This document shows, in pieces, positions 18,885 to 28,281 of a stretch of 64,000 nucleotides of DNA. Position numbers and translations under genes: made by a program. The DNA is from an uncultured Chloroflexia bacterium. GTDB lineage: Bacteria; Chloroflexota; Limnocylindria; Limnocylindrales; CSP1-4. Position 1 is the stretch's first letter; each line of letters starts with the position of its first letter. Location of the stretch: NCBI GenBank assembly GCA_963712745.1, contig CAVQJC010000020.1, positions 32,001 to 96,000 of the forward strand. The letters run 5' to 3'. The notes under the pieces were generated by a model, which was given only the letters and a program-made list of their open reading frames with translations, was not told where the DNA came from and made no database searches.

Positions 18885-19038
18885 TTGGGCGTATGACACT
18901 CCTGCGTGGGGGTGAGGTCAAGTGACCGACGGCCTAGGGCCGCTACTCCGGCCACCGCCCAGCCTTCAACTCACCGAGACACCGCGCCATCTCCTGCGCG
19001 CACTCCTACTCGGTCCTGCCGACAGCCGTCCACTGGTG

Positions 19039-20055
19039 CTAGCGCCCAATTTCGGCCACCGCCCGAGCGTGTGCGGCCAGACCGGCGAACGCTTCTTCCA
19101 GGAACTGGTGCACCTGCTCGGCCTGTCCGACCGACCTCGTAGCGATGTCGTCAGAGCGGAGCAGCTCTAGCTGACGTCGATTGTCGAAGCGCGCGACCGG
19201 CAGTTGGAATGTCGCCTGATGTGCGTGTAGCGTGATGGTCCCGGGTCGTTCACTGTGGTCGATGAGCCAGCCCATGTCGTCCATCCCGTAGCAGGTCCTC
19301 ATCGTCGCTTCGGGCACGGCATGATGAAGGGTCGAGCCCTGCGCACCCGGCTGGGCCCGCTGCACATTGCGACGGCGGCTCTCTTCGGGTGTCACCCACA
19401 CGTAGAGGATCACGGCACGGCGGAGTATCTCGGCAGACAGCAGAGACAACGCATACGCGTAGCCGTACGGCGGCGCGAGTGGGAGGGCCGAGCCTTCGGG
19501 CCCGCCCCTGGAGAGCTCGATCACCACGGTCGTGCCGGGCGGTCGGGTCCGAGCTATCCATTCCCCCGCGAAGCGGGCGGCGTCGTCCGCGATGGCCGTC
19601 GACACCGCCAAGCGACCCGGCGGCCCCAGAGACGAGAAGGGCGCTGGCATCCCCGCCAGAACGTGGGCACGCTCCAATCGATCGATGATCCAGTCACCCG
19701 GCGTCAGCGTCGACGGGCCTCGCGGTTCATGCAACGCGGCGTAGTCCTCGTTCAGGAGGTGGACGAGGGCTCCGAATACGCGGGGGTCCTCGAACCGCAC
19801 TCGCGTCGGGTCGAAGAAGACGGGGCCATAGCCCAGGTCTTCGAAGACCTCGGAGATCCGCCACATGAAGCTGACGTACGGGAAATCGTCGAGCTGGATG
19901 GTCGGCCCGATACGGGACCGCAAATCGGCAGCATGCGGCGGTACGGTGGACAGGAACCGGCGGATCACCGACTTCCCGCAGGCTGGCAGGCCGAGCAGCA
20001 GCAGGGTGTCGATGCGGTGACTCGCCGGCCCATCGTCCACGGGACACGCCCCCAA
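19039..20055 (-). CDS. P-loop NTPase/kinase-like hypothetical protein
   Basis: LLLLGLPACGKS Walker A; VVIELSRGG; lid-like EESRRRN; start uncertain. Confidence 0.7.
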   Translation of the reverse strand: MGACPVDDGPASHRIDTLLLLGLPACGKSVIRRFLSTVPPHAADLRSRIGPTIQLDDFPYVSFMWRISEVFEDLGYGPVFFDPTRVRFEDPRVFGALVHLLNEDYAALHEPRGPSTLTPGDWIIDRLERAHVLAGMPAPFSSLGPPGRLAVSTAIADDAARFAGEWIARTRPPGTTVVIELSRGGPEGSALPLAPPYGYAYALSLLSAEILRRAVILYVWVTPEESRRRNVQRAQPGAQGSTLHHAVPEATMRTCYGMDDMGWLIDHSERPGTITLHAHQATFQLPVARFDNRRQLELLRSDDIATRSVGQAEQVHQFLEEAFAGLAAHARAVAEIGR

Positions 20056-20205
20056 CGCCGCCGGGCGACCACCGTGCGTAGCGCAGATGCAGCGGCGCCG
20101 CCCGTACGCCGATTATCCGCCAGGCTGCAACCGACATCGGCTCTGGCGGACTCGTCGACTGGAGCGGCCTTGGCATGCCGCAAGCTGCTCCCGGCAGCCT
20201 CGGCA

Positions 20206-20490
20206 TCAACCGGGCCAGCCTTCTCCGACGGCCCGCCTCTTCGCAGGCTTGCGGTGGTAGGCGCTCAAGATGCGATGCGGCGGCACCTCAGGGTCAGTGG
20301 CAACCGCCGGCGCTGCGACGAAGGCGCCGAAGCCGGGCTCGACGTCAAGCCCACGTCGCGCCATCTCGACCTGCAGAGCCAGGCGCAGCATGCGCCAGTA
20401 GGGCGGCCGGACCAGGCTGCGCTCCGCGGCGAACCGCACCAGCTCCTCGTCGCTGAAGGAGCGCAGGAATCGCTCGAAGGTCCTGGTCAT
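20206..20490 (-). CDS. Hypothetical protein
   Basis: GGAGG RBS before ATG 20490 (MTRTFERFLRSFSDEEL..). Confidence 0.4.
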   Translation of the reverse strand: MTRTFERFLRSFSDEELVRFAAERSLVRPPYWRMLRLALQVEMARRGLDVEPGFGAFVAAPAVATDPEVPPHRILSAYHRKPAKRRAVGEGWPG

Positions 20491-20701
20491 CGTGGCCTCC
20501 CTGGGACGAGCTACGGAACGGCGTGCAACTCGATGCTGGCCGCTGCGGGCCACGAATGCCATGTCACATGCCGGCAGTCGATCGGGACCAGCGCTGCCGC
20601 GACTGTGCAGTGTCGTCCTCAGCACCGTGTGTTGCCGGCGAGGCGCGTACCATCGGGTCACAGCACCAACGACGCCCGACACGGGCGATGGAGAGGGACC
20701 G

Positions 20702-21808
20702 ATGATCGACCGCACATCCCATAACGATGCCGAGCGTGAAGCCCGCGAGAAGCCCGAGATCGCGGCCGAGGACCTGCAGCCCCACTACTGGGCGGACCAG
20801 GACCGGTACGAGCGCATGGAGTTCCGATTCACGGGCAACTCGGGCTTGCCGCTGTCGGCAATCTCGCTTGGTCTGTGGCACAACTTCGGCGACGACACGC
20901 CGTTCGCCCGGCAGCGCGCGATCGTCCGCCGCGCGTTCGACCTGGGCATCACCCAGTTCGACCTGGCCAACAACTACGGGCCGCCCTTCGGCTCGGCCGA
21001 GGAGAACTTCGGCCGCATCTTCGCCAAGGACCTCAAGCCCTACCGCGATGAGCTGGTCATCACCACCAAGGCTGGCTGGCACATGTGGCCTGGTCCCTAC
21101 GGCTGGTCAGGCTCGCGCAAGCACGTGCTGGCCAGCCTCGAGGCCAGCCTCTCGCGGATGGGCCTGGACCATGTCGACATCTTCTACTCCCACCGTATCG
21201 ATCTCGATACCCCGCTGGAGGAGACGATGGGCGCGCTGGCGACAGCGGTGCACGAAGGCAAGGCCCGCTATGTGGGCATCAGCTCGTACTCGCCGGCGCG
21301 AACGCGCAGGGCGGCTGCCATCCTGCGCGACCTGGGCACGCCCCTGCTCATCCACCAGCCCAACTACTCCATGTTCAACCGCTGGATCGAATCCGAGTTG
21401 CTCGATGCCCTCCAAGCGGAAGGGGCAGGCTGCATCCCCTTCTCGCCCCTGGCCCAGGGCCTGCTGACGAGCAAGTACCTCGACGGCGTGCCCGCGGGCA
21501 GTCGCGCCACCCAGGGCAAGACTCTCAGCGATGACATGCTCAGCGAGGAGAACCTGGCCCGCATCCGGGCGCTCAACGACATCGCCCAGCGGCGCGGACA
21601 GTCGCTCGCGCAGATGGCCATCCTGTGGACACTGCGCGATGTGCGAGTGACCTCGGCGCTCATCGGCGCCAGCTCGCCCGAGCAGCTCGAAGACAGCGTG
21701 GGCGCACTCGACGGTGCCCCGTTCAGTGACGATGAGCTGGCCGAGATCGACCGCTATGCCCAGCCAGGGTCGGGCGTCGACCTCTGGAACGTTTCGGCCG
21801 GCCTGTAG
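20702..21808 (+). CDS. Aldo/keto reductase, YghZ/Gpr (L-glyceraldehyde-3-phosphate reductase) type
   Basis: SLGLWHNFG, FDLANNYGPP.GSAEENFG, TKAG..MWPGPYG, IHQP.YSMFNRW. Confidence 0.9.
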   Translation: MIDRTSHNDAEREAREKPEIAAEDLQPHYWADQDRYERMEFRFTGNSGLPLSAISLGLWHNFGDDTPFARQRAIVRRAFDLGITQFDLANNYGPPFGSAEENFGRIFAKDLKPYRDELVITTKAGWHMWPGPYGWSGSRKHVLASLEASLSRMGLDHVDIFYSHRIDLDTPLEETMGALATAVHEGKARYVGISSYSPARTRRAAAILRDLGTPLLIHQPNYSMFNRWIESELLDALQAEGAGCIPFSPLAQGLLTSKYLDGVPAGSRATQGKTLSDDMLSEENLARIRALNDIAQRRGQSLAQMAILWTLRDVRVTSALIGASSPEQLEDSVGALDGAPFSDDELAEIDRYAQPGSGVDLWNVSAGL

Positions 21809-21835
21809 CCCGACCGGCGGCGGCCGGGATCCTCG

Positions 21836-22870
21836 CTAGTTGGTGAGGGTGACCTTGCTGATCGAGCGCGGCTGCTCGGGATCTCCGCCCTTGGCCATGG
21901 TCACGTGCCGGGCATGCAGCTGGCCAGGAACGATCGAGACGATGGGCATGAGCCACTCGGGCACGCCGCTCGGCAGTGGCAGTGACCAGGTGCCCTTGGC
22001 CCTCAGCGCCTCGTCGTCGGAGACGACGAGCAGGCGCGCCCCGAGCTCGCCACCCAGTCGGGCGATGACCTCGGCCATGTCACGCTCGGTCGCGCCGCGC
22101 GGGGCCACGCAGAACGTGGGAAAGCCGGCCTCGATGAGCGCCAAGGGACCGTGGATGAAGTCGGCCGAGGAATACGGGTCGGCGAGGGTGTAACTCAGTT
22201 CCTTGAGCTTGAGGGCCCACTCGCGCGCGGTCGCGTAGTGATAGCCGCGTCCGAGGATGACGCAGCGCTTGAGCTGCGTCATGTCGGCCGCGATGCGCGC
22301 GGCCTCGTCGTCGACGTCGAGGACGCGTGCCAGCGCCTGCGGCAGCAGGGCCAGTTCGGCCGCGGCAGCCGAGTCGGAGAGCCCGGCCGCCAGCATGGCC
22401 AGGACCAGGAGCGTGGCGGTGTAGGTCTTGGTGGCCGCCACCGCGCGCTCCGGGCCGGCGCGAAGGGCGATGTGATGGGCGGCTGCCTCGGCCATGTCCG
22501 AGCCGAGCGTGTTGGTGATGGCCAGGGTCAGCGCCCCCTGGGCACGCGCTGCCTGGATGACACCCACCACGTCGGGAGAGGCTCCCGACTGGCTGATGCC
22601 GATGACCAGGGCGCGGCCGTAGTCCGGCGAGGCTCCGTAGAGCGAGTGCACGCTCGGCGTGGCCAGGCCCGCATATGTGCCGGCCAGCACCCCCATCGCG
22701 TATTGCGCGTAGATGGCCGCGTGGTCCGAGGTACCGCGCGCGGCGATGACGATGTGGCTCGGATCAGCCGCCCGGATCGTCTCGCACACCGCAGCGATCT
22801 CGGGTCCCGCCTCCTGCAGCAGACGCGCTGCCACCTCGGGTTGTTCTCGGATCTCGTCGATCAGGGCCAC
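21836..22870 (-). CDS. Double-SIS-domain sugar-phosphate isomerase/deaminase (GlcN-6-P deaminase type)
   Basis: EIREQP, ARGTSDHAA, ISQSG.SPD, VAATKTY, E.ALKLKE, HGP, PRSISKVTLT. Confidence 0.85.
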   Translation of the reverse strand: MALIDEIREQPEVAARLLQEAGPEIAAVCETIRAADPSHIVIAARGTSDHAAIYAQYAMGVLAGTYAGLATPSVHSLYGASPDYGRALVIGISQSGASPDVVGVIQAARAQGALTLAITNTLGSDMAEAAAHHIALRAGPERAVAATKTYTATLLVLAMLAAGLSDSAAAAELALLPQALARVLDVDDEAARIAADMTQLKRCVILGRGYHYATAREWALKLKELSYTLADPYSSADFIHGPLALIEAGFPTFCVAPRGATERDMAEVIARLGGELGARLLVVSDDEALRAKGTWSLPLPSGVPEWLMPIVSIVPGQLHARHVTMAKGGDPEQPRSISKVTLTN

Positions 22871-24528
22871 TGCGAAACCTCCATGCCGTGTCCGCGAGCA
22901 TAGAGCCCCGGGATGTCCACGGGCAGATGGCCGCCTATCGGAGCCCGGCCGAAGAGCGCATCCGCCACCGCGCCGACGCTGGCAGGCACGATCGAGTACG
23001 AGCACAGGTGGGTCGCCGATCGTGGGTAGTCGGCGAGGTCGTAGGGCGTACGCATGGCCACGGTCACGGTCGGGGTGCCGGTCGCGAGCACCGCTTCCAC
23101 GAGCCGCGCCTGGGCCGGCTGCACAGCGGTGGCCAGCGTGGCCACGATAGTCAAGTCGGCGTCTGCCGCGGCAGACATCGCAGCCGCGATGTCTGCCGAC
23201 CCCGGCTCGGACGGCACCCGAATCTCGACCACGTTCGCATGGTGCCGAGCCACGGCCCCCGCCAGCGCCAGCGGCTCAGTGGCCGACGAATCGGCCGGGG
23301 TCAGCTCGCGTGGCTCGGGCGCGATGACGACGACCCGGTCGTCGTCGCCAGGGCGTAGCGGGAGCAGACCGGCCTCGTCCCGTACGAGCGTGATGGCGGC
23401 GCGCGCGGACCGTCGGGCGAGTTCCCTGTGCCCCTCGCTTCTCACGTAGGCGCGCTCGGGCCAGGCGAAGTGCTTGAGCCAGCGCCGCAGCCGCAGCAGG
23501 CGACGCTGCGAGGCACTGATCCGAGTCAGGGGCACCAGACCTCGCGCGGCCGCCTGTCGCAAGCCCTCCTCCAGGCGGCGTTGGGCAGAGCGGTCGGGTG
23601 TCATCAGCAGCAGGTCTACGCCGGCCCGCAGGGCCACGATGGAGTCCACCACGCCGCCGATCCCCTGGGCCACGGCCTTCATGTCCATGGCGTCGGTGAT
23701 CGATACGCCTTCGAAGCCGAGCCGCTCGCGCAGAAGCTGGTGCATCACCCGGCCTGAGACGGTGGCCGGTAGCGAGCGGTCACCCGTCACCGCCGGCAGG
23801 GCCACGTGGCCCGACATGACCATGCCGGCGCCGGCTTCGAAGGCCCGGCGGAAGGGGATCAGTTCGCGAGCTTCCAGTTCCTCGAGTCCGCGCTCGATGG
23901 CCGCCAGGTCGAAATGGGGGTCAGTGTCCACCGCCCCGAAGCCCGGGAAGTGCTTGGGCGTGGCCACCACACCGCCTTCCTGCAAGCCCCGCGTGAGCGC
24001 TGCTGCATGCCGTCCGACCGCGGCCGGATCGGAGCCGAAGGAGCGCGTTCCCAGGGAGACGTTGCCGGGCTCCACGGCCACGTCGCAGACTGGCGCGTAG
24101 TCCACGGTCACGCCCAGCGCCCGAAGCTCACGGCCCGTGGCCCGGCCGACTGCCTCGGTCAGTGACTCGTCATCGGCGGCTCCAAGGGCCATGGCGCCGG
24201 GGAACCGGGTCGTCCCGTGGCCAAGGCCTACCAGCTGCCCGCCTTCCTGGTCTGCGCCGATGAGCAGCGGCAAGCGCCCCGCGGCGGCCGCGTGGAGCTC
24301 GTCGGTGAGCGCGGCGATGCCATCGGCGTCAGCCGCATTGGCCCGCAGGAAGACCGTCACGCCGTGGGTGTTTCCGGCGGCGATGCGCCGTAGCAGCCAT
24401 GGCGGCGGCTGCGCACCTTCGAAGGCCGGCAACAGCTGGCCGATGACCGCATCCGCCGGCGCCGTCGGCCGACTCGGGAAGCTGGTGCCACTCACTCGGC
24501 GGTTGCGTGCGCCCGCTGTCTTGGTCAC
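22861..24528 (-). CDS. nagZ: GH3 beta-N-acetylhexosaminidase
   Basis: ADQEGG, APVCD, RSFG, KHFPG.G....DPH, ITDAMDM. Confidence 0.85.
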   Translation of the reverse strand: MTKTAGARNRRVSGTSFPSRPTAPADAVIGQLLPAFEGAQPPPWLLRRIAAGNTHGVTVFLRANAADADGIAALTDELHAAAAGRLPLLIGADQEGGQLVGLGHGTTRFPGAMALGAADDESLTEAVGRATGRELRALGVTVDYAPVCDVAVEPGNVSLGTRSFGSDPAAVGRHAAALTRGLQEGGVVATPKHFPGFGAVDTDPHFDLAAIERGLEELEARELIPFRRAFEAGAGMVMSGHVALPAVTGDRSLPATVSGRVMHQLLRERLGFEGVSITDAMDMKAVAQGIGGVVDSIVALRAGVDLLLMTPDRSAQRRLEEGLRQAAARGLVPLTRISASQRRLLRLRRWLKHFAWPERAYVRSEGHRELARRSARAAITLVRDEAGLLPLRPGDDDRVVVIAPEPRELTPADSSATEPLALAGAVARHHANVVEIRVPSEPGSADIAAAMSAAADADLTIVATLATAVQPAQARLVEAVLATGTPTVTVAMRTPYDLADYPRSATHLCSYSIVPASVGAVADALFGRAPIGGHLPVDIPGLYARGHGMEVSQWP

Positions 24529-24537
24529 CGATCTGGC

Positions 24538-25416
24538 TCAGCCCTTGACCGAACCGGAGAGGATGCCGCGAACGAAGTAGCGCTGAAGCAGAAGGAACAC
24601 CGCCAACGGCAGCAACATCGTGATGAACGCCCCAGCGGTGAGCAAGTTCCAAGCCTGGCCGCGGCTGCCGATCAGTTTCAACAGCTCGAGCGTCATGACT
24701 GACTGGTCCGGCAGTCCCCCGAGATAGACGAGCGCGATCAGCAGGTCATTCCAGACCCACAGGAACTGGAAGATCGCGAAAGCCGCGAGGGCGGGCACCG
24801 AGAGCGGCAGCACGATGCGCGTGAACATCTGGAAGTGGCTGGCGCCGTCGATGCTCGCCGTCTCGAACAGATCTCCCGGCAGCTGACTGATGAAGTTGTA
24901 GAGCAGGAAGGTGGCCAGCGGAAGACCGAAGGCGGTGTGTGCCAGCCATACGCTGATGAAGGTGTTGTTCAGGTTCATCGCGGCGTAGAACTGCTGGACC
25001 GGGATCAGCGCCATCTGCAGCGGCACCACCATGAGCGCCACCACCACCAGGAACAGCGTGCCCTTCAGCGGGAAACGCATCCAGGCGAAGGCATAGGCCG
25101 CGAAAGCCGCCACCGTGACGGGGATGATCGTCGAAGGGATGGTCACGATGAGGCTGTTGATGAAGGCGTTGGCCATGTTGGCCGTGCCGAGGACTGCCTC
25201 ATAGTTGAGCAGTGTCCACTTCTCCTCGAACGGGCTGAGCAACGTGGTCCACCACCCGCTCGTGGTGACCGCCTCGGCACCTCGGAACGAGCTGACCAGG
25301 ATCCCCAAGGTCGGGATGAACCAGACCGCGCAGAGCACGATGACCGCGACCCGCAACAGCCAGCGGTTGACCCGGGGCCGTCGTGGTGCGGGCAGGGACC
25401 GAGATCCTGCCGTCAT
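24538..25416 (-). CDS. Carbohydrate ABC transporter permease
   Basis: ETASIDGA EAA loop; QFLWVWNDL. Confidence 0.9.
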   Translation of the reverse strand: MTAGSRSLPAPRRPRVNRWLLRVAVIVLCAVWFIPTLGILVSSFRGAEAVTTSGWWTTLLSPFEEKWTLLNYEAVLGTANMANAFINSLIVTIPSTIIPVTVAAFAAYAFAWMRFPLKGTLFLVVVALMVVPLQMALIPVQQFYAAMNLNNTFISVWLAHTAFGLPLATFLLYNFISQLPGDLFETASIDGASHFQMFTRIVLPLSVPALAAFAIFQFLWVWNDLLIALVYLGGLPDQSVMTLELLKLIGSRGQAWNLLTAGAFITMLLPLAVFLLLQRYFVRGILSGSVKG

Positions 25417-26591
25417 GCCGACATCCCCTGCTTGCGGACGTTGCGGATGTTGAGCAGGGCCAACGGCAGGACGGCCAGGAAGAGCACGACCGCCAGGACC
25501 GACGCGCGCCCGACGTTGAAGAACTGGAACGCCTGCTGGTACACCTGGTTCGCGACCACGTCAGTGTCGAAGCGGCCCCCGGTCATCGTGTACACGATGT
25601 CGAAGACCTTGAGTACGACGATGGACACGGTGATCGTGACCATGATCAGCGAGCCTCGGATCAGGGGCACGGTGATCTTGAAGAACTTCTGACGTTCAGT
25701 GGCACCGTCAAGGCTGGCAGCCTCCAGCAACTCGTTGGGCACGCCCTTGATGGCCGCCGACAGCACGACCATGGCGAAGCCGGTCTGTAGCCAGATGAGG
25801 ATCGCGATGAGAGCGAACGTGTTGAGATGGAAGTCGGAGGTCTGGATCCACGGGACCGGCTCCCCGCCGAGCCCCGTGACGATCGCGTTGAGGACGCCGT
25901 ACTGCTCCTTATCAGGCGCCCGCCAGACGTAGATGAAACGCCAGATGACCGAAGCACCGATGAGCGAGATGGCCAACGGCAGGAAGATGATGGTCTTCGC
26001 CGTCGACTCGTACTTCACTCGGTCCACCAGGGCAGCGATGAGCAGGCCGAAACCCACTGCTCCTGCCACCCCCACGACCAGCCAGAGGATGTTGTTGAAA
26101 TACATCTGGTGGTTGGCCGGATCGGTGAGCGCCCAGCTCCAGTTGGCCAAGCTGTCACCCTCGGTCACCGACAGCATGATCGTCCGGGCCACTGGCCAGA
26201 CCAGCCAGACTGTCAGGAGCAGCAGCGCCGGCCCCACGAAGACCCACGGCAGAAGGCTGGAGCGCCAGCGTGGAGACAGATGCATGACGACCGCGTTGAG
26301 GCCCCAGTAGAAGAGCCAGATGCCGCCGACACCGACGGCCAGGGCGATGCCCGCGAGGAGCAGCTTGGGTACGACGGTGTTGCCGCTGCCCGCTCGCAGA
26401 GCCGCGGCCTCTTCCGCGTTGCCCAGCAGGTCGAACAGCACCGCGAGCGTGTTGGCGGCAGCCGTCTGATCGACCGCCAGGTAGTAGACGCCGATGGCCA
26501 CCCCCACAACGGCCAGGATCGCACCGACCGGGATGAGGAAGGCACGCAGCGAGGCATCTCGCTGGTCGTCCAACGTCGTCCCGCTCGTCAC
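25413..26591 (-). CDS. Carbohydrate ABC transporter permease
   Basis: EAASLDGA EAA loop; LKVFDIVY. Confidence 0.9.
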   Translation of the reverse strand: MTSGTTLDDQRDASLRAFLIPVGAILAVVGVAIGVYYLAVDQTAAANTLAVLFDLLGNAEEAAALRAGSGNTVVPKLLLAGIALAVGVGGIWLFYWGLNAVVMHLSPRWRSSLLPWVFVGPALLLLTVWLVWPVARTIMLSVTEGDSLANWSWALTDPANHQMYFNNILWLVVGVAGAVGFGLLIAALVDRVKYESTAKTIIFLPLAISLIGASVIWRFIYVWRAPDKEQYGVLNAIVTGLGGEPVPWIQTSDFHLNTFALIAILIWLQTGFAMVVLSAAIKGVPNELLEAASLDGATERQKFFKITVPLIRGSLIMVTITVSIVVLKVFDIVYTMTGGRFDTDVVANQVYQQAFQFFNVGRASVLAVVLFLAVLPLALLNIRNVRKQGMSA

Positions 26592-26630
26592 TCGTTCATC
26601 CTCCGATGGCCGTCGTGTGATGGGCTCGTT

Positions 26631-26666
26631 CGGAGGGGCGGGCAGCTAGAGCCGCCCGCCCCTCCG
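26631..26666. other. GC-rich stem-loop between the binding-protein and permease genes
   Basis: CGGAGGGGCGGGC..GCCCGCCCCTCCG inverted repeat. Confidence 0.6.
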
Positions 26667-26683
26667 AGTACGTTCGCCTGGGG

Positions 26684-28084
26684 CTACTCAGTCGGCCACG
26701 TGGCGTCGATGGACTGCAACACCTCGTCGGTGTTCTCACCGCCAGCGCTGATCCAGTCCACCATGCCCGACAGGAACGAGCCGCCGCCCACGGACGGTGG
26801 CATCGAGTCCGAGGCGTCGTTGGCTACGGACGTTGCCTGGGCCACGATGTCCGCGGCAACCTGCAGCTTGTAGTTGCCCTCGAACCACTCGGGCGGGGTC
26901 GTCGAGTTGGCCGAGAGGATGCCCTCGCTCTTGATCCAGGCCTCAGCCGCCTCCGGCGTCGCCAGGAACTGGGCCATGGCCCGAACCTCGGGACGGTCTG
27001 TCGTGACCATGAAGGCATCAGAGGAACCGAGCAGTGGGTTGCCGTACTCCTCCTTGATGCCGGGGAGGTAGAACAGGCCGATGTCTTCGCCGATGACGTA
27101 CTTGGAGCTTGGGTTCTCAGCGGCGTCGTCGTAGTCGGGGAAGAACGTCGGGCCGTACCAGTTGGCCTGCTTCTGCATCCAGCAGCTCGGAGCCTGGAGG
27201 TCCTCATCGAACATGGGATCCATGGTCTCGCCGACCCACGTGTTCAGGATGTAGGTGTTGCCACCATAGGCGTAGTCGGGAGTAAAGAAGATCTGGCCGA
27301 CCGTTTCGAAGGCCTCCTTGAGCTCGGGACTGTCGAACGGCAGTTCGCCTGCCAGCCACGCGTTGTAGGCATCGACACCCGCGGTGCGCAGCAAGACGTC
27401 CTCGACCCAGTCGGTGGCGACCCACCCGGTGACGGCGCCGTGCTCGACGCTGATGCACCAGGGGTTGCTGCCACCGGCCACGATCTGGTCGCTGAGCTCG
27501 ATCAGCTCATCCCACGTGGTCGGCACCTCGTAGCCCGCAGCCTCGAACGCCTTGATGGGATACCAGACGTGCGACTTGGTGCCTACCTGGTAGGGAATGG
27601 CCCAGATGTTGCCATCGGCGTCGGTGTACGCACCTAGGACCGGCTGCTCCGCAACCAGCTTGTCGGTGTTACCGACGATGCCGCCGATCTCCTTGATGAG
27701 CCCATCGGCGCCGTATCGATTGATCGTTGCAGGCTGGGCGAGCTGGATGATGTCAGCAGCGCTGCCACCGTTCAACCCCACGTTCACCTGTGTCTCGTGC
27801 AGGCCGCCCGGCACAGCTGCCAATTGGATGTCGATGCCGGTCGCGGCCTCGAACGGAGCCAGGGACTTGGCAAAGACTTCGCCGCCACCTTCGATGTACT
27901 GCGTCTGGACGATGACCTTGGTGCCGGCGAGGTCACCTGCGAGCGCCTGGTCGAGCTCGGGGTAGCCGGTGGGAGCATCGGGGATGCCTTCGACTTCGCC
28001 AGCGGCGACGCCGAGACTGCTGAAGGTGAGCGCGACGGCCGCTAGCGTGGTGCCGGCGATCGCAGTCTTTCGTGTGTGGTGCAT
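26684..28084 (-). CDS. Carbohydrate ABC transporter substrate-binding protein (AglE-like)
   Basis: AGGAGG RBS, signal peptide, PTTWDEL, PWC.S.E....TGW.ATDWVED. Confidence 0.9.
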   Translation of the reverse strand: MHHTRKTAIAGTTLAAVALTFSSLGVAAGEVEGIPDAPTGYPELDQALAGDLAGTKVIVQTQYIEGGGEVFAKSLAPFEAATGIDIQLAAVPGGLHETQVNVGLNGGSAADIIQLAQPATINRYGADGLIKEIGGIVGNTDKLVAEQPVLGAYTDADGNIWAIPYQVGTKSHVWYPIKAFEAAGYEVPTTWDELIELSDQIVAGGSNPWCISVEHGAVTGWVATDWVEDVLLRTAGVDAYNAWLAGELPFDSPELKEAFETVGQIFFTPDYAYGGNTYILNTWVGETMDPMFDEDLQAPSCWMQKQANWYGPTFFPDYDDAAENPSSKYVIGEDIGLFYLPGIKEEYGNPLLGSSDAFMVTTDRPEVRAMAQFLATPEAAEAWIKSEGILSANSTTPPEWFEGNYKLQVAADIVAQATSVANDASDSMPPSVGGGSFLSGMVDWISAGGENTDEVLQSIDATWPTE

Positions 28085-28100
28085 TGCACCTCCTCCTTGA

Positions 28101-28123
28101 TCTCGTCCGCTTGTCGAACGAGA
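28101..28123. promoter_or_regulatory. Putative ROK operator upstream of the binding-protein gene
   Basis: TCTCGT-N11-ACGAGA palindrome with the same geometry as the sites at 29486 and 29521. Confidence 0.5.
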
Positions 28124-28281
28124 AGGGCTACCTAACGGTGAGGACGCCGCAGCGTCCAAGCTCTAGTTGGGGCCTTCGCTGCCCTCCTCCCTTTGCATCC
28201 TCCAACGCGGGAGGGCGCGATGATCCTCGTCACAGCGAATGCCGTTTCCGATGTGCCGCGATGTCCGCTTGTCCGTGTCCG

